From Isurus oxyrinchus (taxonomy: Eukaryota): a stretch of DNA of 64,000 bases. Shown piece after piece: positions 24,582-38,718 of the stretch (positions are counted from its first letter, which is position 1; each line of letters opens with the position of its first letter). The position numbers and the translations under genes are program-made. The notes under the pieces are model-generated. The model made no database searches. It worked only from the letters and a program-made list of their open reading frames with translations, and had not been told where the DNA came from. The stretch lies in the NCBI GenBank assembly GCA_026770705.1, contig JANJGN010000026.1, forward strand, positions 23,932,001 through 23,996,000, in the 5' to 3' direction.

Positions 24582-25879
24582 ACTGCCTCATGCAACCAGT
24601 TACTGGATCCCTCATGATCCAACCCTCTGCCATCCCCAGACTCAAGCTGTTCAAAAGCCTTTGGTCAGCATTCGATATTTAATGCTGCGGGAAACATTTG
24701 TCAATGCAGACGGCATTTCAATTGTTCATGGCACCAATTCTGCTCTCTGGCCACTGAGTCAATCCCAGGGCCTCGCTATCCAAATTAAGATAATCCGAAA
24801 CATGTGCTTCCAATGGTCATTGTCAAAGCAATACCCATCTTCCCATTAAGCTATGCTCGCTAATATAGATTGATTAGCAGGCGGCAACATCTCAGCTTTA
24901 ATACTTTCCCCTTCCAATTTTGGAATCCTTCCATTTCATCGCCTCTCCCAATCCCTGTACAGCTACAACTATCTGAGATCTCAGTGTAAGTCCTATTCTG
25001 CTCTCTTGTGTATCCCTTAAATTAACCTTTCCATTAGTAGTGGTTATGCCTGTAGCTGCTGAGGTCTTCATCTCTTTAATTCCCTCTCTCAACTGTTCCG
25101 TTTCTCATTCCTTCTTTTGGACGTTCCTTATAATCAAAATCTTTTATCAAACCTTGGGTTAAATATCTCTTCCTGGTGTTTGGTATTGCATGTATTGTTC
25201 AGGGTCCTGTGAGGCATCCCCACCATACGCACTGCAGTGACTGAAGAAACCAACACAACTCCACCTTTCTAGTGAGAAATAAAGATGAGCAATAAACTTT
25301 GACCTTGCCAATTACACCCACACTCGCCGATGATTAAAATATATCATTATTCAAAATGTGTAAAACCAACTAGCAAAAAGCAAAACACATAATAGGTCAA
25401 CAATTTCGAAACTCCACTAACACATTTCAAACGTTTCCATAATGAATTGCTAAGGCTAGATTAGCAACCAGGATTGTCCAGTGGGAACTTATTGTACTGT
25501 AACTGCTATATTCTTTCACAAGTTGAAAAGTACATTAGCATAATTACTAAACTTATTCTTATATTGCAAATCATCTAATATAATGATTTCACTGTAATTC
25601 GTTTTCTGATGCTGTCGTAAGCTACGTGCACGAAAATATATGTTACTACACTGTGATATGCTTTTATTCCGCACAACATTTAAAACATTAGATTGCATTT
25701 GACGAGCTTAAAATGAGTGTTCAACGATATAATAGGTTAATGTTCATGCAAAGCCACACATTATAATTCATATTTCAGCAATCCAATAAACGGTATTCCT
25801 ATGAATGAATTGAATGGATATCTTGAAATGCTGCACAATGCAAATACAAGTTATGCTGTATAATTCACCATAACACAGT

Positions 25880-26094
25880 TTAATCCCATATAAAGCATCG
25901 GAACCCGTTTGAGGCCCTTAACTCTCTGACAGCACTGAACATTAGAGAAAAAGAGCATCCTGAACCTGAAAGGGATGAGACAAACTTTCTGGGGATTTGC
26001 AAAAAATCATAAATTACTTATCTGAGATCCATCACTGACCAGGGTTACCAATAACAGCGAGAATGGGATAGCAAAGAGCAAAGAATAGGCCTAT
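25880..26094 (-). pseudogene. Orphan V-type leader exon + 83-nt intron + decayed exon
   Basis: 46-nt hydrophobic exon (ATA)GLFFALCYPILAVI-G|GT 26094-26049; acceptor tccctttcAG; the downstream exon is not recognisably V. Confidence 0.4.
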
Positions 26095-26456
26095 CTGGTC
26101 CGTGCATCGTCTCTCGGAAATGAAATGGATTCCCGAAGCTGTATACTTTAGTTCTGTGAGGCATTCAAAGCGTCCTTCATTTATTTCGAAGGAGTCCAGA
26201 GGGACAATTAAGTTACAACATACACCTTAGTTACAGTTCAGTAAACAAACAGATTAACCCACGTTTCATGCCTCCCATTCGTAATATTGGCAAGGCGGAT
26301 GAAGGGCGAACTGCTGGCTGCAAATTCTGCGTTGCCTCCTCTCCACAAACCAGGCCTTTGCATCGACATCAAATGGAGCTGCTGATGGAACATACTGACT
26401 TGAGCCCTACCTCTAACAAAAACACGTCTCTTCCCATAGCTGCCACTACGCTGGGC

Positions 26457-26558
26457 AGGGTTTGTGTGTGATGCTTCACCCCAGCATCGCTGCCTCGTCC
26501 CTCTTGCTCAAACAATAATACTCGTGTCAAGCAAGACAATTGTAGAAAGCCATTCATA
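26457..26558 (-). pseudogene. Possible V 3'-end relic with RSS
   Basis: gacacgagtattattgt (DT..YYC-like) followed by GGCAGCG + 22 nt + ACAAACCCT; a polypyrimidine acceptor lies immediately upstream. Confidence 0.35.
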
Positions 26559-27808
26559 CTGCAAAAACAGAAAGAGAATTAACGTATGAGAGTACGCAAG
26601 AGAAGTGGGAGATAAAAGAGAAAGACTGATATAGAGAAAGAAGAAAAACGAAAGGGAAGTGCACAAATATGGAATATAAATGAACGAAAGAACGAATTAC
26701 AGAAATCATGGAAGATAACGCCTGATGTTTGTCATCCTGTGCCCGCTGTTTCTCGCATTATCGCACATTAATTCTCGAATGTGGGAATCGCGAACAAGGC
26801 CTTCATTTAGTGCAATTTCTCTTTGCCACTGAGAAGGTGGTGGTGAGCAGCCTTCACGATTCACAGCAGCTAAAGGTGTACCCACAATGTCTTTAGCAAG
26901 GGTGTTACAAAATTAGACTCCAGGGACAATGAAGGACCAGCAACATATTTACAAATTGGAATGGGATATGGTTTGGAGGGGATTGCGGATGTTTTCCCAG
27001 GCACCCGCTGCCTTCTGAGTGATTGAGATCATTGGTTTGGGAAATACTTCCAAAGAAGGCTTGGTATGTTCCTGCAGCCCATCATCTGGGCTCCACATAC
27101 CACAGCCACGATTGGGAGTCTGGAGGTGAGCCACTCGACGCAGAACATCGAGCTGTGACGTGCTCTTGTGGGGGACACAGTTCGGGATGTTAATGGTGGA
27201 GAATTCACAGTAGGACATGCCATGGACATTATCCTGCTGCCTCTAATCGAGGTAATCACTGTGACCTCAGATAATTGTATTTTAGATTGTTGGTAAATGG
27301 GGTGATTCGTTCAGTCAGGCAAATGGAAATCTTCTCTCGGACCAGATTCTGGCGGAATTAGGCCAGAGAATATACTGAGTTATATACTGCTCCAGGTTAG
27401 TTATTAGATTAATATAAGTATGAAGTTTATACTATCCTGGACCCTCCATTTGTTGTCACTACACTGGACCATTCTCCTGTTTATAGTTCACGAGACTCTG
27501 TCTCACTTCTTGGTGCACTATACTAGCTCCGCTTATAATACGTGTTTCCCTGTCGCAGTTATTTCTGCATTGCTCTCTGTTTACAATTCGGGGCTCATTC
27601 TCGATTAATATAATATGAAGCACGGCTTCCGTTATTCCTGCGGTGGATGCATCATTTGTTTACATCGCGGAAGAGCTGGTTCCAATTATTCCAGCATTGA
27701 GCTCGCTTCGCTTTAGGCCGCACCAGTTCCTGTTTGAGTTATTCATGCTATTGGATATTTCTCGGTTTTGATCATTGATGAGTTTGCCTTTAATTTTGCC
27801 GTAAAATT

Positions 27809-27899
27809 CGACTCTGGTGGGATTCGAACCCACAGCCTTTGAATACCTTAGCTATGAAAGACTAGAAGTCCAACGCGCTGTCCATTGCGCCACAGAGCC
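27809..27899 (-). tRNA. tRNA-Arg-TCT: tRNA-Arg(TCT) with 18-nt intron (27862-27845)
   Basis: GGCTCTGTGGCGCAATGGACAGCGCGTTGGACTTCTA-gtctttcatagctaaggt-ATTCAAAGGCTGTGGGTTCGAATCCCACCAGAGTCG; 73-nt mature sequence, intact A/B boxes, TTTT terminator just downstream. Confidence 0.95.
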
Positions 27900-28719
27900 A
27901 CAACTGCTGGCGCCCTCGAACGATAGTTAATTATATAAGAATATTTTTCTTTTTATAATATTTTTACAGTTTATCTAATGATGGCCTGCACCAGATTTCC
28001 TGCATAAAAACATGTCATCATTTATATTACATAAGATACTGTGTCGAGATTTATATTACACTAGACCCTGTCTCTGTTTATATTACTCCAGATCATTCCC
28101 CTGATTCGAGCACACGAGTGGCTGTCTAGTGCAATGGAAACATGTGTAAAATGGGAAAGTCGGTTCCTTGGCGAAGAAAGTCGCCATATTGCAATCGTGT
28201 ATTGAAAATAGCTGCCAAATGTGGTCCGTTTCGATGCGCTTAGCGTCCATTGTAGCAACTTTTAATATGGCATCAGCAAGTGAATCGCCGCCACAAGAAA
28301 CTCCACCAGCAGAGGCATAATGGTTTCATTCTTCATTGTCAGTTTCTTGTTAAATAACTTTACAATTTCCCATTGAAAATTACTCAGAATTTTTAACGTT
28401 AATATTGGCTCTACGGCACTTAATTCCTTGATCTCTTACCCCTCGTGATTTGCCCTTAGACACTCCTCTGAGTGAAATTTACTCGATAAGTGGACATGGT
28501 TGCGAATAGAATTCTGAGTCATTTCAGATAAACTTCGCGGCCTGTAGCAGAAGGTGTTCATCAAGGGGTGAAAGTAATCTTATTGACATTTGAATTTGAG
28601 AGAAGCCAATTTGTTGGGCACACGGGACAACGTAATATCCGATTGCTACTGCTCATTTTAATTTGAACTAAGTATGCTTCATTAAAAATTATTTAAGGGG
28701 ATATACATTTTGAATTGAT

Positions 28720-29210
28720 TTGAATCTACACTTTCTAAAGAATGTCACAGTCTTGGAATAGGTTGAGAAAAAAATTACAGGAATTGTATCAGGGATGAGG
28801 GACCTCAGTTATATGAGGAGATTAGATAAATTGGGATTGGTCTTCTTGGAGCAGAGAATGTCAAAGGGTGATATAATAGAGGTGTTTAAATTTACGAAGG
28901 CTTTTGAAAGAGTTGTTGTTGAGGTATTAATTCCACTGGCAGGAGGATCCGTAGGCAGAAGAACCAGAGTTCCGACAATTCGTAAAGGAACATAGAGTAG
29001 TATCAGATCTTTTAATTGAGCGATTGTTATGAGCTTGAGTGTATTTCTGGAAAGGGGGATAGCAAATCGTACATATATTTGAAATTTTAAAAATGCGCAG
29101 GGCTTTACAGAAAGATTAGGAGAGTGGAAGAAATTGGAGAGCTTTTTCTGGAGAGCGGACACAGTTCTGATGGAATGAACAGTCTCTTTCTTTGATGTAA
29201 GCTTCCATGA
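28720..29210 (+). mobile_element. CR1 3' fragment
   Basis: MRDLSYMRRLDKLGLVFLEQRMSKGDIIEVFK. Confidence 0.75.
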
Positions 29211-30049
29211 TTTTATGCATTGAAATTGCACTAATTATTGACCTTGGCGTTGTTATTTGTCTTATTAAAAGCAACTGCATTACCGAATGTCATGGTAAAG
29301 TTGTAAGTATTACGTGTTACATGAAACCTTTCAGCAGCTTAACAGCTAAAGTGACGACTCTGATTTCAAAATCAGAAGATTGTGGATTGCAACTCAACTT
29401 CAGAACCTGAACATAATTACCAGACTTGTAATCGGGGTACTGAAAGGTCATTATCTTTTCGGAACATCGTGAACCAATAATCCCATTTCACTCCTTGCCT
29501 GTTGAGGTGGACCCTGCATTATATCCTGGTCGACGTTCCTTCCTTCAACCAAAATAATCATAGATATGTTACTCTGATGCAAGACCCTTTGCTCCACCGC
29601 TGATCCTTCTGTGCTCAAATCAGGAAAGTTCATGTGCAATTCGTTGCACTTTAAATCCACTTTGACCTCCCATAGCACGTGATTCGGTGGTAGATCACTG
29701 TTGATCTGATAACGTGACAAACAATAAATCTCAACACCATTTTCACAATGGTTAGACGGCAAACTTCGGATCAGTGCTAACAATAAACGCACGTGTAGAA
29801 ATGACAAGGCAGATCTGTACTGGTGCTATGGAAAACTGTAAACACCTAGCGGCAGCTAAACGGAGTTTCTGTTCATAGTCCACGGGGAGCTGTTATTACT
29901 GCATTGGAGTAGGTAACCGTTTGTTTCAATTGCACTGCATCATATAATGTTTTTATATTGTATGAGACATTGTAACATTAGTTACTGCAGCAAACTACAC
30001 CTTCTATTTGATGAAGAAATACTGAATCAGTTCTACATAAAAATTTAAG

Positions 30050-30730
30050 AAAAAGGAATAGATTAGGTTATCGATCCGTCGAGTCTTCACCACTGAGCAA
30101 TAAATACATGGCTGATCTTCTGTATCAATTCCACAATCCTGCACTTTCCCTATATCCTTTAATTCTCTTTATATCCGAAAGTCTATCGATCTTTGCCTTT
30201 TATATATGTAAATACTAAGCATTCAATGGGGTGCAGAAACTTCAGTCCTAAATGTTCGAACCATTACTCTGGGAATGTGAACCTTAATTCTAGATTCCCC
30301 AGCCAGGGTAAATTCCACCCAGCATCTATTCTATCAATACCCTTAAGAATTTCCGTTGAATAGTCGAATTAACCTACCCTCATGGGACAAACACCTCATG
30401 CCAGAAATCAAGCCAGTCAACCTTTGTCGCACTCCCTCCAAGACTAGTATATCCTTCCTTAGCTCAGGAGAACAAAACTGTACACAGCAATCTAGGTATT
30501 CTCACCAAGACCCTATACAATTGCAGAAAGACTGCTTAACTCTTGAACTATCACCCATTGTTAAGAAAGGCTAACGGACCATTTGTTTTCCTAATTTTTT
30601 GCTGTGGCAGCATATTAACTTCCTTTGACCTACAGAGCACACATCTCCCAATGATTACTAACACTTTCCAGTCTCTCACAATTTTACAACATCCTTGTTT
30701 TTTTTTTAAATTTTCCCTCCCAAATTGTAT
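30050..30730 (-). mobile_element. Degenerate CR1 3' fragment
   Basis: Reverse-strand remnants (aaaactgtacacagcaatctagg; aattctagattcccc) of the CR1 C-terminus. Confidence 0.55.
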
Positions 30731-31239
30731 AGTTTCTCAATTGGTCAATCTTCTATGGTTTTTCTACTCACGTATTCTGTCGGTATTCCTTATCAATTTT
30801 TTTAGCGTCCTCCGTGTTTACTTTTCTAGCTAACCTGTAACATCAATTAACCAGTGTCGTTGTAATCTGCGCCCACCTGGTGCCAGTGGACCATACCTCT
30901 GTTTCTTGGTGCAGAACTTGAGAAACCTGTCCACTTGTACAAACAACAACAAGATAAGAATGCAACAATCGAGTTAGCAACACAAGTTTTAACTGCTGCG
31001 AGTTAGGAAGGTACCTTGGAAAATTAAATAGACCTTGAACATTGCTGAAAAAAGGGAAATGCTGTCAAAGCTTTTTGTCTCGCACTCAGCAGGGCAGATA
31101 AATGTTGCATAACTGTCCGGATGAGTTCTAGGTGAAAAGCTGCGACCGTATGTCGCTTTTATCAGCAATACATCCTTTCTATTACAGTAGGACTTTTCTA
31201 TTTAAAAAGGCACTAAACCATGCCACTCATTTTTAACGG

Positions 31240-32350
31240 AGGTCCTCTCTCAGTTTTTACAGCACGAGACAAAGCCTCCAATCAAAAGCAAAATACTGCG
31301 GATGCTAGAACTCTGAAATGAGGACAGAAAATGCTGGAAAAACTCTGACAGCATCTGTGGAGAGAGAAACCCAGTTAACGTTTCGAGTCCGGAGAGTTTC
31401 GAGACCTGCAGACTTTTCCCACTATTTTCTGTCTTTAATTATTACTAAAGCCTCCGATTATTTCAGAACAGGCCATGTTTCTGGTAATATTGCACTAAGT
31501 CCTCTGGTATTACAGCACGAGACTAGCCTCTACTTATATCACGCTGGGCCGGGCCTCATTCACTACTGCAGTAGATTATAGCTCTGTTCAAGTTACATCC
31601 TGCCTTTGTTAGTTATCAACTAAGAACTGTCTCTTTGCAGATTATTCCATGCTTTGTCTCAGTTATTATTACTGGATGCTCCCTCCGTCCATTTTACCCA
31701 AAGCCTTTGTCTCACCTCATAACACGCTAGATCACGTTTCTGTTGATATTACATGATAATATGATGCTGTTTTATTTCTACAGACCGTGTCTTAGTTTTG
31801 TATTGCACTCGGTCCTCGTTCGGTTATTACAACATTTGATGACATATCAGTGCATATTTCACTGGACACCGCCTCTGGCCTCTTTGCACGAGCTTCTGTC
31901 TCATTTCCTTCAGCTCTAGAACATGTGTCTATGTAAATTCAGATAGGCCCCCTCTAAGTTATTGCTGCGCTCGACCATGTCTCTGTGTGCATGAGAGGAG
32001 AACCGGCGTCAATTATTACTGCAGTTGAACATATACCTGTTGACTTTACAGTAGGCCAGGCCTTAGATATTAATGCGTTAAATTATGCTTCAGCCATATT
32101 ACACTAGTGGCTAATTCAGTTACTCGTGCAATCGGCCATCTTTATGTTAAAGAAGACGCTGTTCTGGTTTATATTACGCGAGAACATGACTCTTCGTATG
32201 TTACTCTTGGCCCTGTATTCGTTATTATTTGACTGGATCAAGCTAGTCTTTATAATACTCGAAAACCTGCCTAGTTACTGATATACTAGAATCTATCGCT
32301 GTTCATACTACACAAGATCCCATCTCTGCTTATGTTATACTGGATGTTGA
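31240..32350 (+). repeat. Degenerate 27/54-bp minisatellite array, with an inserted pLTR pair at about 31283-31435
   Basis: Alternating ACTAGACCCTGTCTCAGTTATTACTGC / ACTAGACCCTGTCTCTGTTTATATTAC-like units. Confidence 0.65.
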
Positions 32351-32709
32351 TCTTTATATTATACTCTTTGTATTGATTTTTGGGATGTATACGTCGCTGG
32401 ATAGGCCAACATTTATTACCCATCCCTAATTGCCCTTCGTCAGAGGGCATTTGAGAGCCAACCAAGTTGCTGTGGGTCTGGAGTCACAAGTAGGCCAGAC
32501 TAGGTGAGGACAGCAGATTTCCTACCCTAAAGGAAGGAAAGGGCAGTTTTGAACCAGATGGGTTTTTACAACAATCGACAATGGTTTCATGAGAGCGATT
32601 CTACAAAAAAAAGCAGTTCATCATCCGAATAATTTAATTGAATGAAAATATTTTTTATTATTTCATAGTAATATAACATACAGACTAACCATCTGCACAA
32701 AAATAAATC

Positions 32710-32980
32710 AGACATGGAAAGGATCTTTCTTCTTGTGGGAGAACCTAGAACTAGGGGTCACTGTTTAAAAATAACGGGTCTCCCATTTAAAACCGAGATG
32801 AGAAGAAAATTTTCTCTCAGAAAGTAGAGTCTTTGCAACTCCTTTCCTCAAAGGGCAAAGGAAACAGTGTCTTTGAATGTTTTCAAGGCAGAGGTAGCTC
32901 AATTTTTGATAAACAAGGGAGTGGAAGGTAACCGGGGGTAGGTGGCAGGTTACAATCAGATCAGAAATGACCTTATTTAA
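32710..32980 (+). mobile_element. CR1 3' end
   Basis: ctagaactaggggtcactgtttaaaaata...; same family as 60300-60600. Confidence 0.75.
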
Positions 32981-33884
32981 TATCATTGCAGTGTCTGTCT
33001 GTGATAAACATGTTCAAATGTCTGTAATGTTCATTGATTGTATGGAAGCACCTCATCTTTGTGGAAAACTGGAATATGATTGCACTTTTTGTGATGGCCA
33101 TTTTGAAATGTTTCGAAATGTTCTTTCAGATATTTTATGAATGAAGTATCTTTTCCCAAAAAAAAAAGAACCCGCTTCCTCTCAACTGGCTTTGGAAACG
33201 TTTACAACGAGTCGTCTCTCGAGGTCAGTACCAGTTTGCGGCATAAAAACAGAAAATTCTGGACATACTCGGCAGGCCGGGAAGCATCGGCGCACAGCGA
33301 ATCACAGTGAAAGTTTCATGTCCGCGACATTTCACCTGAGCTCAGTCTGAGGAGTTGCTGGTTTCTGGTGAAAGGTCACAGACTAGAACCTCCACTCTGT
33401 TTCTGGTTGTATTTCCAGCATTTTTTGTTTGTCTTTCGAATTTGGTTAACTTTCTGCGGGCGAGACACAAGAGGGGAGGGGGTAACATCACCCGCAGGAC
33501 AATCGCAGGCGCATTCTTTGAGATAACTACAGCTTGGGACGAGAGTAAATATGCCCACATTGCGGACACTTCAGTTTCTTTAAGAATCATCACACAACGG
33601 TACAAAATAAACACTCAGGATCTCTCTCGGTCCCCTGGGACACAATCAGACAATGAAGCTCCCCCACGTAGCAAAGACCGCACTGACTAACTGCCCCCTC
33701 AGTCCGACACTCTGCCGTGACCGTCAGTATCTCGGATGAAAGATCCTCTTATTAGCATTTACTAGACAACCCGCGGCAGCCCTGTCCGTCCCTCCCGTTA
33801 GCTGTTCATGCTCCGAGCCGCCTGGCCCGCCTTGTGCTATCTGAGAGATTGCTGCCGATCTCCCGGAACTGTAACCAGGAGCGA

Positions 33885-34352
33885 GGTTTTAGTATAGTGA
33901 CTGCCGCGTTTTGACTCAGTGTGGGGCTCAGTCGCATAGTAATAAACCGCGGCATCGGCGTTCCCCGGGTCAACAATGTGCAATTGGCCGCGTTTCTCCG
34001 ACTGGGAAAGATTCCGTTCAAATCGTCCACTTCTCTCTTTGCCAGTCGATATCTTACCTTATAACCTACTCCAGTCCCTGACCGGATTTCTGTCTGTACC
34101 AATGCGACACGTAGAAGTCGGACAACTCGGAGCTGCAGTCCAACTGCACCGAATCCCCGCTCTGGACTGTTTCCGAAGCGGGAGATTGAAGCACACAGTC
34201 CGAGAGACATCGACTTGGAAAAATATTCAGGGTATGAAACATTGGAATAATAATGAGAAACTCACTCTGGGTCATTGGGTCATTGTCCTGTGCCTACCTG
34301 TTCGCATCGCCAGGATGACGAATAATAGCTTTATCTGCGCGACACAACACAT
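33885..34352 (-). pseudogene. TCR alpha/delta-type V pseudogene with leader and 23-RSS
   Basis: Leader MCCVAQIKLLFVILAMRT 34352-34298; DCVLQSPASETVQSGDSVQLDCSS...HWYRQKSGQGLE*...ADAAVYYYAT; stops and Cys-to-Tyr change; CACACTG (33923-33917) + 23 nt + ACTAAAACC. Confidence 0.9.
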
Positions 34353-34769
34353 GTTTGCTATGAGAATGTCAAAAAGAAAACGGGACAGAGCTCACAACAG
34401 AAGAAAACGAGTCGTTTGAAGAGATTAAAATGTTGGCTGATTAAAGTCAATGATGGATATTTAATGTCTCCGCCACGTGTTTATTTTTCCCGCTCCTAAC
34501 TGGCTGGAAATTGATAGTATTCGCCGGATATAAGGAGACGGGTTGTTGGTCCTCTGCTCATTTCCCCCGCGGTTTACGTCTGAACCGTTCAGTTATCTGA
34601 AGACCAGCAGCTTCTGGAGCGGGTGGAGGGAAGTGAGGGGAAGCACATCTCTTTATGAGAGTCACTCTCGTAAGCGACCAACCCGACACTGTTTCTATTT
34701 CTTTGTCCATAACGAGCTTTAAATTACACCATGTTGTGGTCGTTATCACTAAAATGCTCCCCCACCACC

Positions 34770-36800
34770 ACCTCAGCCACCTGTCCGGCTTAATTCCCCA
34801 GAATTAGGTCCAGCACTGCGCCGTCCCTTGTTGGACCCTCTACATATTGACCAAAAAGCTCTCCTGTACACATTTCAAGAAATCCACTCCATCCAAGCCC
34901 TTCCATCCAAGCCCTTAACACTATGCCTATTCCAATTAATGTCGGGAAAGTTGAAATCATCTAATATAATTACCCTATTGTTATTGTCTTTACATACCTC
35001 CGCAAATTGCGCACATATTGCTCTCCAATATCCCGCTGACTATCTGGGAATCCATAATGAACACCAAACAATGTGGCTTCCCCTTCTTTATTCCTAAGCT
35101 CTACTCACAAAGCTTCATTCGATACCCCCTCCAAGATATCATCTTCCCTCACTGCAGTAACTGATGCTTTAACTAATAATGCAGTGCCTCCTCCTCTTTT
35201 ACCCCCTCCCTTGTCTAGGCCTGAAGATTCTATATCCCGGAATGTTGAGCTGCTAACCCTGCCTCTACCTCAACCACGTCTCAGCCATGGCTACTATATC
35301 ACAATTCTACGTGTCAATGATCACCCGTTTTACCTGTAATACTCCTGGCACTAAAGTAGAGGCCATTCAGCCTTGCCTTACTCCCTTGAAGCTTAATGCA
35401 GCTGTTCTCCCTCTGACTTGATTGTTTTACTGTATTATGATGCATCCCTATTCTTCTAACATTGTGTGTCCTCTCCCCCTGTCGAATTAGTTTAAACTCC
35501 TCCCAACAGCACTAGCAAACCCGCCCGCAAGGATGTTAGTTCTGCTCTGGTTCAGATGTAGACCATCCCACTTGCACAGGCCCCACCTTCCCCAGAAACG
35601 TTCCCAGTGATCCAGGAATCTAAAACCCTCCCTCCTGCACCAACTCTTAAGACACGTATTCTTCCGTACTATTCTCCTATATCTGAACTCACTCACACGT
35701 GGCACTGGGAGTAACCCAGAGATTACAACCCGAGAGGTCATGGTTTTTAGTCCACTGCCTAACTCCTTGAATTCTTGATGCAAGATATCTTCGCTCTTTC
35801 AACTGATGTCATTGGTACGACCATGCACCATGGCCACCACCTTATCCCCATCCCCCTTCAGGATGCCTTGCAGCTGCTCAGTGACACCTTGGACCCTGGC
35901 ACTAGAGAGGCAACATACCATCCTGGAGTCACATTAACGGCTGCAGTAGTGCCTATCTGTTCCCCTGACTACAGAATCCCCTATTACTATTGCTCTTCCT
36001 CCCTTCCTCCCCTCCTGTACAAACAGGCTGCTTGTGGTGCCAGAAGCTTGGCTCTGTCTGCACTCCCTGGAGGAACTGGTGCCCTCATCAGCTTCCAAAC
36101 TGGAATATCGATTTGCGAGCGGGAGCCCAGGGGACTCCTGAACTACCTGCCTGTTTCTCTTGGACTGCCTGGTGGTCACCCATTCCCTTCCTTCCTCGAG
36201 TCCTTTCAGCTGCGGTGTGACCATTCTGTACACGTGCTATCCACGATGCTCTCAGACTCGCGGATGCTCCACAATGTCCCCAGCCGCTGTTTCAACTCAC
36301 AGACCCGAGATTCCAGGAGCTGCAGCAGGACACAATTACTGCACACATGCTGGTCCCTGGCACTGGAAATGATCCTGGCTTCCCACATGAAGAACGAGGA
36401 GCACATCATGGCTTTGAGTTCTCCTGACATGTTATATCCCTTTAAATTAAACCTTTTGAATCAATTACTCTAGGGCCCTTCTTTCCTGTTCCTCGTTACT
36501 ACAGAATATACAAACCACAAAAAGACCTTAAACTATAAGTGATGAAAGTAGTAAATACCCACTACTTATCAGACATTCCTTTCCCTTGTAGTCTCTACTG
36601 CTGCAGCAGGGTAAGGCCACACTCTGAAGATTTAAGAAGTTTGATAACAAAGATAAAATGCAAAGAGCACCTCTTCCACTCTGCGCCAAATTCCTATGTG
36701 ACAGTTCACTGTCAATCACCTGATGCCTGATTAGGGACTTAATAGGTGTTGATTGCTATTTGAGGCTTAACTAATGTGAGTCATCTCAGCTCACCTCAGC
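34770..36800 (-). mobile_element. CR1 5' portion: ORF1 (zinc finger + SGNH esterase) and endonuclease remnants
   Basis: CSSFFMWE...HVCSNC, RAIVIGDSVVRG, VVISGLLPVPR, DGLHLNQS motifs of the CR1 ORF1 esterase. Confidence 0.85.
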
Positions 36801-36832
36801 TCTAATTAAGAAAGGGACTATTTAGAAGCACA

Positions 36833-36958
36833 TAGCCAAGTGGTTATGGTACTGGGTTTGTAACCCCAAGATCAAGAGTTCAAATCTCACAATGGCAAAC
36901 TATGAAACAATGTAACTTCATCTGAAACAGATGGAAATGGGTTTGTACTCGAAAGAGT
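36833..36958 (+). mobile_element. tRNA-Thr(TGT)-derived SINE
   Basis: TAGCCAAGTGG (A box), ctgggttTGTaacccca, GAGTTCAAATC (B box); near-identical reverse copy at 51733-51896. Confidence 0.75.
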
Positions 36959-37649
36959 CACAGTGTGCTTGCCCAAGAGCAAGGGAGAGACCTCATCCTG
37001 AGGGAGACACAGCTAGGTTGAGTGTGGGTATTGGCACATGCTGGTTCTTAATGTTAGCTGTTTGTTAATTTTTGCCTGTGCTTCCCATTGTTTCTTCCAG
37101 CGTCATCCCCATTTTCCTTTTTAAAATCCCCGGGTTTCTCCAATTCGCAAGCCTCCTAGTGTCACTGAGGATTCAAGAGACTGTGTGTTCACCCCAGAAC
37201 TTCAGTCAGTGTTAGTATCTCTTGTCCATTTGTATTACACAGAACAGTGATGATCCCTTTACTGCAGTTCACTGAACCAAGGGTCATTCTAACGGGAGAA
37301 TAGTAATTATCAACTGTTAACTTTCCATGCTTTTATATTTATAAATACATACCCGCATCAATATCCTGCTGTTCTCTCTTTATACCACTAGCTGTCCTCA
37401 AGCCTCAGCATTATGCATCTCACTCTGTTGATGTCTCTCTTTCCCATTCAATGTACACAATCTCATCTTCACCTATGTCCCTCTGTCAGTGCTTCTCTGC
37501 ATATGCACTGAGTCTCACTTTTATCAAACTCCCTCTGTATCACCCATCGTTCTTAGTCTCAGCTTTATATTCCTTTGTGTCGGTGTCTCAAAGCATACAG
37601 GCAGACAGAGAGCTAATCATTACTCAGAGCTCAATGTTTCAAATCTTTA

Positions 37650-37830
37650 GCTAGTGAGAGCAGACGGCACAGAAATTATTCACCATGGGGACCTCATTCG
37701 CTGATCTTCACAATTCAATCTCTTAAGTCTTCAGCCATTGAGGCCAGACAGGCGCTGAGCCGATATACGACGGTGATGGTGGAAGCGGCGGTGGAAGGAG
37801 GGGGTTTCATTCACTGTCACCAGAATATTG
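37650..37830 (-). pseudogene. Possible heavily deleted V relic
   Basis: tctggtgacagtg-aatgaaaccccctcc (SGDS..ETPS), PQWL, VKISE and FCAV fragments in V order; no good RSS. Confidence 0.3.
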
Positions 37831-38718
37831 TTCAGGTTTTAAACATTCAGTATAAAATGTGGGGCTGATCCACCGAGTGCAGGCGGCACTCGCGTGAACA
37901 GGGATAATGTTCAGATCTTCCTTTCAATCACTGCCATTGCACGATTCAATAATTTTAACCCGCTGTCTCCTTTTCTGTTTCCTGTCTGGATTTGTAAATT
38001 CTGTTCATTTATATAATTTCTGCTTTTATTTATGATTCCTTCTCCCCTTCACCCTATTCTGTTCACAATCCACTGGGTCCCCCATTGCCAGACGGTGCGA
38101 AATTCTGCGACTACTCACTGACTTTGCCGGACGTTCTTCATATGAGGAGTTGGGTTTGGGCGTTCGAGAGTAGCCGTGGGATGCGAGGTGTCCCCTAGAG
38201 TTTCGGGTGTTGGGGAGTGTCCCGTTGGCGAGGGGTTGGGGGTGGGTCTGAAGTGTGGGAGGAGCCCCCTGGCCGTTCGGCGCTGCGGGGGGACCCTCGT
38301 GAGTGTCGGTCTGTACATTAGCTGCCCAGGAGCTAGAAGTGGTTTCAATGCTTCTAACTTTTTTTCTGGGCAACAATTGACGTAGGAGAGTCCGGACCAT
38401 CCAAAGTTTGCTCTGTAAATTGCATTTTCCGATAGTTCCTAGTGTAGAGCAATTGCCCATGGGAAGTTTGCATTTCCCGAGCAATTGTCTTGTAAACCTT
38501 GCCTGGGAACTTCCGGGCGGGGTATTCCCCGGCGCATCTTTGGGGTATCCTACAGTTACACTGCCCTGGATCTCGGGAGTCATGGTCCAATAGAATGTTG
38601 CGGGTTTTTTTCTCCTCCTAAGGCTCCGCCTAAACCTTATGCTGAGGCTGGATATTTGTCCTTGTTTCTCGGTGTTCGAGCGCCTCCTGCTGAGCATTAA
38701 CTGAGCCGCTCTTTGTGA

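Noticed and set aside
25880-26060. Ig light/TCR-gamma-like reading (SGSGCSFSL...CFIWD)
   Set aside because: Contains stops and is better explained as leader-intron-exon; the SG motif coincides with the splice acceptor
36833-36900. Functional tRNA-Thr gene
   Set aside because: The acceptor stem is missing, and the second copy is flanked by a TSD, indicating a SINE
36959-36965. CACAGTG as an RSS heptamer
   Set aside because: Lies at a SINE junction, with no nonamer at 12 or 23 nt and no V upstream
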